A stretch of 64,000 nucleotides of DNA from Acidobacteriota bacterium (GTDB taxonomy: Bacteria; Acidobacteriota; Thermoanaerobaculia; Gp7-AA8). The position numbers and the translations under genes were made by a program. Below, one piece after another: positions 56,649 through 64,000 of the stretch. The stretch's first letter is position 1. Each line of letters begins with the position of its first letter. Location of the stretch: contig JAFATB010000026.1 of the NCBI GenBank assembly GCA_019244185.1, positions 96,001 to 160,000 of the forward strand, written 5' to 3'. Below the pieces are notes generated by a model, which was not told where the DNA came from, searched no databases, and saw nothing but the letters and a program-made list of their open reading frames with translations.

Positions 56649-58859
56649 ATGCCCAATCCCTTCAGACGCGCGGCCGTCGTCTGCTTCGCCGGAGTGCTGC
56701 TCGCGAGCTCCGGTGCGAGCGCCGAGGCGCTGCGTCGCGTGCCGCTGTACCGTATGGGCAGCGAAGTCGGATATCTCAGTCGAGTCGTCGTTCGCAATGT
56801 CTACGGACCGGCATCCTCGCCCCCGGAGATCGTCGCGTGCAGCAACAGCGGCGGCGCGTACGCGCTGACGTATTCTGGTCCTTCGTCGTACCGCACCGTG
56901 TGGTATTCGCAGCCGGTTCTCTGCGGCGCCCTGGCCGTCGGCGATCTCGACGGCGACGGCCGGAACGAGGTCGTGATGGCCGCGACCGAATACGGCAAAA
57001 TGGAAGCGCTGCAGGTGTACGACCCCGAGGGCTTCGGCGGACCGCGCGCGTCCGTCCAGATTCCCAGCGCGCTTCCCATTTTGTCCATCGCGATCGGCAA
57101 TGCGGACGCCGACCCGGGACTGGAGATCGTCGTCGCCACGAGGTCGGATACGTACATCTACGATGCGGCCACCCTGTCGCTCGAATGGACGGCGACCGGC
57201 CGCGGCGGAGCCTTCGTCGCCATCGCCGATCTCGAGAACGATGGCGTGCCGGAGATCATCCTCAACGGTGCCGGCGACGGACAGGTCCTCAATGGCGTGA
57301 CGCACGCGTTCAAGTGGGGCTACTCCGGCGGGTTCGGCGGCTATGTCGCGGTCGGCGACGTGGATGGCGACGGGAAAGCGGAGATCGTCGGTAGCGATGC
57401 CGGCAACATTCGGGTCTTTCAGGGCGACACGCTCACCTCGTCGTCCTTCGGTACCGACGCGTCTTCGATCGCTGCGATCGCCGTCGGCGACGCGAACGGC
57501 GACGGGCAGAGCGAGATCATCGTCAGCGACATCTACTACAGGACGCCCGTGAGCGGGTATTCGGCGACCGGCACAAAGTTGTGGGCGATCACCAGCACCA
57601 ATTCGGATGCATTGAACCTCGCTGTGGGCGATGTGGATGGCGATCGCAGCGCGGAAGTGGTCTGGTCCTCGAATTCGTACAACCCGGCGGTGTACGTCGG
57701 CAGGCCCGCAACGAACAGTGTGGAGATGGCCGCAGCGGATGTCGTCGGTGCGTTTCAGCCGGTCATCGCCGATCTCAATGGCGACGGCCGACACGAAATG
57801 ATTATGACCGTAGCGGTGAACGGCGGCCGTACGCCCAACCGTGTGGAGATTCACGATCTGGCGGGAGGAGTTTCGTGGTTCTCGACGTTCGTCAACTCGT
57901 ACTCCTCAAATCCAGCGAAGGTCGCGGTCGGACAGTTGGACGCCGATCCCGCGCTCGAGATCGCCGTCCTGCAGGACTCGAGACTCTACGTCTATGATGG
58001 CGTTACGCATGCTCTGGAGTGGACCAGTGCGGCTGCGAATTTCTCGTCATCGTTTTTGATGGTGCGCAACGTCGACAGCGATCCCATGGATGAGATCATC
58101 GTGGCGACGACCGACAATAAGGTCGAAGTGCTCGACGGCGCCTCGCCTTTCGTTCAGAACATTTCTCCCGCGTTGGACTACCCGATCACAGACGTCGCCG
58201 TGGCCGATCTCGACGGCGATCAGACGCTCGATTATGTGGTCGCGAGCTTCTACGACATTTATGTGTTCAAAGCCTCCGATTTCACGGAGCGTCTGCACAT
58301 GCCGGCGCCGTACACCGATGCCGTGGCCGCCACAGAAGGGGAGTTTGCGGTCGCCTCCACCAACGGAGGAGTCACGAGCTATTCAGGAACCACGTTGCAG
58401 CCGCAATGGACTTGTTATACCGATCCGAGGACGGTCTTGCGCTACGGGATACTAGGCGGCAAGAAGTGGCTCGCCGCCGCCGCGCCGGATAACGTGCAGC
58501 TCTTTGCCACCGGCGGCACCTCGTGCCCCGACAAGGCCGCGGCGGAATACGCGTTTCCCGGCGCGTCCATCCTTCAGCTCGCCGACATGAACGGCGACGG
58601 AGCCGCCGAGATGATCCTCGCCGGATCCAGCAGCGCCGAAGTCGATCTCATTGCGCTTGCCAGCGCCCCGCGCGGCGACGCGGACAATGACGGCGTGGTC
58701 GCGGACACGGACATGGACACGCTGGCGCGCTACTTCTTCGGCGACGGCAAAGTCCCCGCCGCGGGTGCCGACGTCAACGGCGATCTGTCGCTGCGCGCGG
58801 ACGATCTGCTCTATCTCATCAATTACCGTCGCGGGACGGGAGCTGCTCCTCCACAATGA
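56649..58859 (+). CDS. Secreted FG-GAP/VCBS repeat protein with C-terminal dockerin-like domain
   Basis: Signal peptide; many GDxDGDGxxE repeats; RGDADNDGVV..D...ADVNGD.....DDLLYLINY duplicated Ca-loop. Confidence 0.85.
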   Translation: MPNPFRRAAVVCFAGVLLASSGASAEALRRVPLYRMGSEVGYLSRVVVRNVYGPASSPPEIVACSNSGGAYALTYSGPSSYRTVWYSQPVLCGALAVGDLDGDGRNEVVMAATEYGKMEALQVYDPEGFGGPRASVQIPSALPILSIAIGNADADPGLEIVVATRSDTYIYDAATLSLEWTATGRGGAFVAIADLENDGVPEIILNGAGDGQVLNGVTHAFKWGYSGGFGGYVAVGDVDGDGKAEIVGSDAGNIRVFQGDTLTSSSFGTDASSIAAIAVGDANGDGQSEIIVSDIYYRTPVSGYSATGTKLWAITSTNSDALNLAVGDVDGDRSAEVVWSSNSYNPAVYVGRPATNSVEMAAADVVGAFQPVIADLNGDGRHEMIMTVAVNGGRTPNRVEIHDLAGGVSWFSTFVNSYSSNPAKVAVGQLDADPALEIAVLQDSRLYVYDGVTHALEWTSAAANFSSSFLMVRNVDSDPMDEIIVATTDNKVEVLDGASPFVQNISPALDYPITDVAVADLDGDQTLDYVVASFYDIYVFKASDFTERLHMPAPYTDAVAATEGEFAVASTNGGVTSYSGTTLQPQWTCYTDPRTVLRYGILGGKKWLAAAAPDNVQLFATGGTSCPDKAAAEYAFPGASILQLADMNGDGAAEMILAGSSSAEVDLIALASAPRGDADNDGVVADTDMDTLARYFFGDGKVPAAGADVNGDLSLRADDLLYLINYRRGTGAAPPQ

Positions 58860-60346
58860 AAACCTTTCGTGCAGTTCTGATCCTCATGTCTCTGTGCGGC
58901 GCGCTCGCGGCGAGTGCCGCCGAGGATGTGGTCACTGTCGGCAGTCTCTCCGCGCCGAAGGGCTCCGTGCTCGTGCCGGTGTATGTGCGCGACCTCAGTG
59001 CGACGCGCCTGGGCATCGATAAGCCTTCGGGACAGCGCATTCAGTCCGTCGGGTTCCGCGTCCGTTTCTCACCCGCCGGCGCGGTGACGTCGGCGGCGTT
59101 CTCGCGTTCGGGAACGCTGCTCAAGACGCCGCTGTATGAGAAGAGCTTTCAGGGCAGCGACTGGCTCGGCTACATCGCCTCGTTCGCGGAAGCGAACAAT
59201 GCGCTGGCGTTCACGTCCAATGCGGCTGCGCCAGGAAATCTCATCGGCTATCTGCAATTGACGACCGCGTCGTCGCTCGCCGCCGGAACGGTCGTCAACG
59301 TCACCATCGATCCCACCGCGGCGCTCCTGGGCGACCAGGCGGGCGCCGTCATCGAGACGTATGCGAACGCGGGGCTCGTGCTGCAGAACGGCACGATCAC
59401 GCTGACCGCGGGCACGTGCACCACTCCGGCGGTTTCCGCGAGCGTCACCGGCACCGCGGCTTCCTGCGTGCTCGGCACCGGCGGCACCGCCAGCGCGAAC
59501 GTGAGCGGCGGAACGGTGGCGGCGTATCAGTGGGGCTATCGCATCACGTCGAACGGCTCCATCACCACGATCAGCGGCGCGACCAACTCGTCGTACACCA
59601 TCACCGGCGCGGACTTCGGCGGCGCGGGGACGAAGTACCTCGTCGTGACCGTGACGCCGTCGTGCGGCGCGCAAGTCGTCTCGAACGAAATCGCGGTCGA
59701 CATCACGACCGCGCCGGCCGTTTCGCTCGTCGCCAGCAGCACCGTCTTCGCGAATTCGCCCGACAATTACGCGTCGGTCGCGGATCAGGGGAACGGCGCC
59801 ACGTACACGTGGTCGATCACCAACGGCACGATCACCAGCGGACAGGGCACGCGGCAGATCCGCTACACGTCGGGCGCGAGCGGCACGGTCGCACTCGGTA
59901 TCACCGTGACGAAGAACGGTTGCAGCGATCCTGCTTCACCGACCGCGAACGTCACGATCGTCGCGCGGCCCGCGGGCGCGGTCCTGTTCTACCTGGTCAC
60001 GCCGTGCCGGCTCATCGACACGCGCGGCCCGGTGGGCACTTACGGCGGTCCTGCATCGCCGAGCGGATCGTTGCGGCAGGTCCCGGTCGCCGGCGTTTGC
60101 GGGATTCCGTCCGGCGCGCGCGCCATCGCCGCCAACGTCACGGCGGTGGCTCCGCAGACGGGCGGCTATCTCGCGCTCTTCGCGTCCGACGTCGCGTGGG
60201 CCGGCACGAGCACGCTCAACTACCGTACCGGCAAGACGCGTGCGAACAACGCGGTGCTGCCGCTGTCCGCGGACGGGCGCATCACGGTGAAGAATGAAGG
60301 CAGCACGCTGAACTTCATCATCGACGTGACGGGATACTTCAAGTAG
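58856..60346 (+). CDS. Secreted protein: cohesin-like domain, Ig-like domains, C-terminal PCRLxDTR domain
   Basis: VTVGS..A..G.V.VPVYV...F.V.F.P...NGTITL; YTWSITNGTI; TPCRLIDTR...IIDVTGYF. Confidence 0.75.
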   Translation: MKTFRAVLILMSLCGALAASAAEDVVTVGSLSAPKGSVLVPVYVRDLSATRLGIDKPSGQRIQSVGFRVRFSPAGAVTSAAFSRSGTLLKTPLYEKSFQGSDWLGYIASFAEANNALAFTSNAAAPGNLIGYLQLTTASSLAAGTVVNVTIDPTAALLGDQAGAVIETYANAGLVLQNGTITLTAGTCTTPAVSASVTGTAASCVLGTGGTASANVSGGTVAAYQWGYRITSNGSITTISGATNSSYTITGADFGGAGTKYLVVTVTPSCGAQVVSNEIAVDITTAPAVSLVASSTVFANSPDNYASVADQGNGATYTWSITNGTITSGQGTRQIRYTSGASGTVALGITVTKNGCSDPASPTANVTIVARPAGAVLFYLVTPCRLIDTRGPVGTYGGPASPSGSLRQVPVAGVCGIPSGARAIAANVTAVAPQTGGYLALFASDVAWAGTSTLNYRTGKTRANNAVLPLSADGRITVKNEGSTLNFIIDVTGYFK

Positions 60347-60371
60347 GCGAGAGCGCCGCCGGCGCTCTCGC
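60347..60371. terminator. Hairpin between convergent genes
   Basis: GCGAGAGCGCC-GCC-GGCGCTCTCGC. Confidence 0.65.
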
Positions 60372-60692
60372 TTACCGATTCACCCAGTCGAGGACCGGGC
60401 CGAGCTCGAGCTTCGCCGTCTTGGCGAGCTCGTTCACGCGCCGGAGGTTTCCGTCCGCGAGCGCGCGGCGAAGGTCGAGGAGCGCGTGCTTGACGTTCAA
60501 CGCGTTGTCGCGAAACGCGCCGCCCTTGACGGACTTGCCGAGCGTTTCGCCGATCGGCTCGAGCTCCGCGTCGACCTTCTTCCAGTCGTCGAGCGTCCAG
60601 CGATTGCCGTCCGCGTCACGGAGAATGCTGGACAGTCGGGTCGCTGCCTGTTTGGCAGCCGGCTTGTCGGGGCCAATCTGACGTTCGGTCAT
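60372..60692 (-). CDS. Hypothetical helical protein (106 aa)
   Basis: AAGGAG RBS; coding-like composition. Confidence 0.7.
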   Translation of the reverse strand: MTERQIGPDKPAAKQAATRLSSILRDADGNRWTLDDWKKVDAELEPIGETLGKSVKGGAFRDNALNVKHALLDLRRALADGNLRRVNELAKTAKLELGPVLDWVNR

Positions 60693-60814
60693 CCGATCTC
60701 CTTCTCGCCGGCTTCGCAGCCGGATCGGGTTCCTGATTGTCTGGGGGTGACCTGCGGAAGGCGGTAGTGTAGCGCTTCAGGCCGTTGCGATGGAAATCGC
60801 GAGAAGGGGAGGAT

Positions 60815-60890
<76 letters not shown>

Positions 60891-61013
60891 AACTGAGCTA
60901 CCGAGGGCTGCGCTCGGAAACAGGGGTTCCGAAAAAGCGCGGCGGAAGATACCACAGCGACGTGGAGTGCAGAATAGCTTTTCGGCGCGGGTTCATTCCA
61001 AAGAAGGGAGCGC

Positions 61014-61041
61014 TTGACAGGCGGCGGAGGGGGCGTAGACT
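61014..61041 (+). promoter_or_regulatory. Sigma70-type promoter for riboswitch leader
   Basis: TTGACA-N16-TAGACT. Confidence 0.6.
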
Positions 61042-61065
61042 CGTCGGTGCCGCCCACCAGGTGGC

Positions 61066-61210
61066 GGCCTTGCCGCCTAATCCTCGGCGCCGAGGAGCGG
61101 GGGAACCGATCAGCGACGGCTTGCCACCGTCCGGGGTGAATCCGGCCGAAAGCCGGTAGGGCTTCCAGCCCGAATCCGACAGCTAACCTCGTAGGCAGCC
61201 GGAAGGCAGG
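61066..61210 (+). ncRNA. Cyclic di-AMP (ydaO/yuaA) riboswitch
   Basis: AATCC...GAGGAGCGGGGGAACC...GGGGTGAATCC...GTAGGG...GCCCGAATCCGACAGCTAACCTCGTAGGC matches the ydaO consensus. Confidence 0.9.
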
Positions 61211-61215
61211 CCAAG

Positions 61216-61249
61216 CAAACGCCGCGAATCTCGCGGCGTTTGTGTTTTC
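61216..61249 (+). terminator. Intrinsic terminator (riboswitch expression platform)
   Basis: CAAACGCCGCGA-ATC-TCGCGGCGTTTG followed by TGTTTTC. Confidence 0.8.
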
Positions 61250-61519
61250 AGGCGGAAATCAGGGGGTGTTCACCTTTTCCTCACATGGTGCTAGAGTACG
61301 CCGCGATTTGGCGGAAAGGCGCTGCGTGAGCCCGGATGCCGGATGGGGTTCAACGATTCAAAAGTAAGAACGCTGTGGAACGGTGATTTGAACGAATCAC
61401 CTGTCTGCGCATAGCTCTTTGCAAGCCGAACTCGATGTGCAGCAACAAGTTGGCAGGATCTGGCATGAACGGCCGGAAACCTGCACAAGGGTCGCCCCGA
61501 AATCTAGAAAGGAGCCGAT

Positions 61520-64000
61520 ATGAAACGGTGCCCTACCATTTGGTCTCGTGCGGTTTGGACCGCACTGCTCGTATCACTGATCGCCGTCGGTGCATATGCG
61601 CAGCTTCAGTCAGGTAACATCTTCGGTACAGTCACAGGAAATGATGGAGCCGCCCTCCCGGGCGTCACTGTCACCCTCTCAGGTATCGGTGCGGCGCAAA
61701 ACACCGTCACCGATTCCGCCGGCCGCTTCCGCTTCATCAACCTCTCCCCCGGAACCTACACGCTCAAGGCAGAACTGGCCGGATACGGCACGGCGACGCG
61801 CAGCGGCGTGACGGTCAACATCGGTCGTAACGCCGAACTGGCGATGACGCTCAATCCGTCCGTGTCGCAGTCGATCACGGTCACGGCCGAAGCGCCTCTC
61901 CTGGACGTGCGCAAGACCGGCACGGGCAACGACGTTCCGCGCGTCGAGCTCGAGAAAATCCCGTCGGCCCGCGACCCGTGGGTCATCCTGCAGCAGACCC
62001 CGGGCGTCACCATGGACCGTAACAACGTCGGTGGTAACGAGTCGGGTCAGCAGTCGGTGTACGTTTCGAAGGGCACGATCGGCACGCAGTCGACGTGGAA
62101 CGTTGACGGTGTCAACATCACCGACTTCGCCGCCACCGGTTCTTCGCCGTCGTACTACGACTTCGACTCGTTCGAAGAAATGCAGATCACGACGGGTGGT
62201 TCGGACCCGCGCATCATGACCCCGGGCGTCCAGCTCAACATGGTCACCAAGCGCGGCACGAACGACTTCAGCGGTTCCGCGCGGTACTTCCGCACGGACG
62301 GCGCCTGGCAGGCGGATCCCCGCGTTCCGGCCGAGGCGACCGCGTATCTCCCGCGTGTCAACGAGATCAACGGCATCAGCGATGCCGGCGGTGACATCAG
62401 CGGTCCGATCATTCGCGACAAGCTGTGGCTGTGGGCTGCCTACGGCAAGCAGAACATCAACATCCTGTCGGCCGCGATCATCGCGGGCGCTCGCTTCCAG
62501 GACAAGACGCTCCTCCGCAACGAGAACGTCAAACTGAACGCGCAGCCGTTCGCCTCGAACAGCCTCACCCTCGTCGACCAGTTCGGTGAGAAGATCAAGA
62601 AGGGCCGCAACGTCGGTCCGACGCGTCTTCCGGAAACCGCCTGGAACCAGGGCAACATCTATGACAACGGCACGGGCAGCCTGACCGACCCGACGCTGTG
62701 GAAGATCGAAGACACGCAGCTCTTCGGACCGAACTTCTACCTCACCGGCATGTACTCGAAGGTCCAGGGCGGTTTCGGCCTCATCGCCGACAACGGCCAG
62801 GGCTGCACGACGTTCGAGTGCGGCGCTGCCGGCCCGGTGGCCAAGTTCAACGAAGCGATCGGCGCGTGGCAGGACAGCTACGTCAGCATCGACTCGCTCC
62901 GTCCGCAGACGCAGTATCGTTTGGACGGTTCGGCGTTCGCCAACACGGGCGCGATGAGCCACGAGTTCAAGTTCGGCTGGGGCTATCGCGAAGCGAAAGT
63001 CACCTCTGACTCCGTCTGGCCGGGTGGCGAATACACCGACCTGTACTCCCTCGTCGGCGGTACGGACCAGGTGCTGTTCACCCGCTTCCCGCTCCTCACG
63101 TTCTCCGCGAAGTCGACCGACGCGTACATCGGCGACACGATGCTCCTCGGCAACCTGACCCTCCAGGCCGCTCTCCGTTACGACCTGCAGAAGGGTGCCA
63201 ACTCCGCCGGCGTCTCGCCTGCGAACTCCGTCGTTCCTGAAATTCTCCCGACCGTCAACTTCCCCGCGGCCAGCGGCCTGTCGTGGGACAACATCTCGCC
63301 CCGCCTCGGTCTCACCTACGCTCTCGGCGCGGATCGCCGCACGCTGCTGCGTGCCGGCTACAACCGCTACGTCAACCAGCTCAACTCCGGTGCAGTCACC
63401 CCGACGTCCCCCGGTGCGTACTCCCGCGTTCTGTACTACTTCAATGACCTGAACCACGATCAGGTCGCGCAGCACAACGAGATCGACTTCGACTACGGTC
63501 CGCTCTTCTTCGATGGATTCGATCCGGCGAACCCCGGTGCCGCCGGCACCGCGTTCACCCGCTGGGATCCGGACCTGAAGGCGCCGATCACGGACGAAAT
63601 CCTCCTCGGCGGCGAGCGCGAAGTGCTCACCAACTTCAGCGTCGGCCTCAACCTCACGTACCGCAAGCTGAAAGACTTCGTCGGCACCTACAACGAGAAG
63701 CACCAGGGTCAGGGTGACTTCTACACGGCGGCCGACTACGTGCAGCGCCACACCAGCGGCACCCTGAACAACAACGTCCCCACGTCGCCGTTCGCGGGTA
63801 CGCCGTTCGACGTCACGTACTACGAACTGGCCGCCGGCGTTCCGCTCCCGGTCTACAGCGTCATCCGCAACATCCCTGACTACGAGCAGACGTACAAGGG
63901 CGCTGAGCTCAACCTCATCAAGCGCATGTCCAACCGCTGGATGATGCGCGGCAACGTGACCCTCCAGGACTGGACGCAGGATTCCGGCGCGAACACGTCG
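61520..64000 (+). CDS. TonB-dependent receptor (carboxypeptidase-regulatory N-domain, Oar-like), 3'-truncated
   Basis: AAGGAG RBS; signal peptide; GAALPGVTVTL..TDSAGRFRF.NL.PGTY, ITVTAEAPLLD, VDGVNITD, NMVTKRGTNDF, ISPRLGLTY; absent from ORF track because it lacks a stop in the window. Confidence 0.92.
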   Translation, partial: MKRCPTIWSRAVWTALLVSLIAVGAYAQLQSGNIFGTVTGNDGAALPGVTVTLSGIGAAQNTVTDSAGRFRFINLSPGTYTLKAELAGYGTATRSGVTVNIGRNAELAMTLNPSVSQSITVTAEAPLLDVRKTGTGNDVPRVELEKIPSARDPWVILQQTPGVTMDRNNVGGNESGQQSVYVSKGTIGTQSTWNVDGVNITDFAATGSSPSYYDFDSFEEMQITTGGSDPRIMTPGVQLNMVTKRGTNDFSGSARYFRTDGAWQADPRVPAEATAYLPRVNEINGISDAGGDISGPIIRDKLWLWAAYGKQNINILSAAIIAGARFQDKTLLRNENVKLNAQPFASNSLTLVDQFGEKIKKGRNVGPTRLPETAWNQGNIYDNGTGSLTDPTLWKIEDTQLFGPNFYLTGMYSKVQGGFGLIADNGQGCTTFECGAAGPVAKFNEAIGAWQDSYVSIDSLRPQTQYRLDGSAFANTGAMSHEFKFGWGYREAKVTSDSVWPGGEYTDLYSLVGGTDQVLFTRFPLLTFSAKSTDAYIGDTMLLGNLTLQAALRYDLQKGANSAGVSPANSVVPEILPTVNFPAASGLSWDNISPRLGLTYALGADRRTLLRAGYNRYVNQLNSGAVTPTSPGAYSRVLYYFNDLNHDQVAQHNEIDFDYGPLFFDGFDPANPGAAGTAFTRWDPDLKAPITDEILLGGEREVLTNFSVGLNLTYRKLKDFVGTYNEKHQGQGDFYTAADYVQRHTSGTLNNNVPTSPFAGTPFDVTYYELAAGVPLPVYSVIRNIPDYEQTYKGAELNLIKRMSNRWMMRGNVTLQDWTQDSGANTS

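Noticed and set aside
55690-60814. Second genomic island at tRNA-Phe
   Set aside because: Slightly different composition, but no integrase or tRNA 3'-end duplication found.

Overview
High-GC bacterial chromosome segment; the gene repertoire (Oar-type TonB receptor, PDZ-TM-GAF-Ser/Thr kinase, PCRLxDTR surface protein) suggests Acidobacteriota, which is an inference. Positions 1-~21,170 are a genomic island at the 3' end of tRNA-Asp, with a tyrosine integrase, XRE repressor and SymE-like toxin; its left end lies outside the window. Island cargo: (1) an M4 protease/amidase/small-protein cluster; (2) a translationally coupled operon of O-methyltransferase, 2TM-DUF5919-like protein, beta-RFAP-synthase-like enzyme and Ham1-kinase fusion, a candidate modified-nucleotide defence or biosynthesis system; (3) a TIM-barrel protein with an Xre/RES toxin-antitoxin pair, plus HEPN-like and DUF3800 genes; (4) a ~3.6-kb mostly non-coding region with at least 10 paired inverted sigma54-like boxes; (5) a four-gene operon led by an unannotated 34-aa peptide ending GG-WQY and closed by a JAB peptidase, a candidate new RiPP-like pathway. 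The rest is mostly core genome: rmlC, rlmI-like, ispH, polyprenyl synthase, tandem PilB/GspE ATPases, ECF sigma/anti-sigma pairs, transporters, tRNA-Val and tRNA-Phe. It also holds an MCP-solute-binding-protein fusion, an adjacent dockerin/cohesin gene pair and a c-di-AMP riboswitch upstream of a TonB-dependent receptor. All family calls come from motif recognition by eye; no database searches were run.
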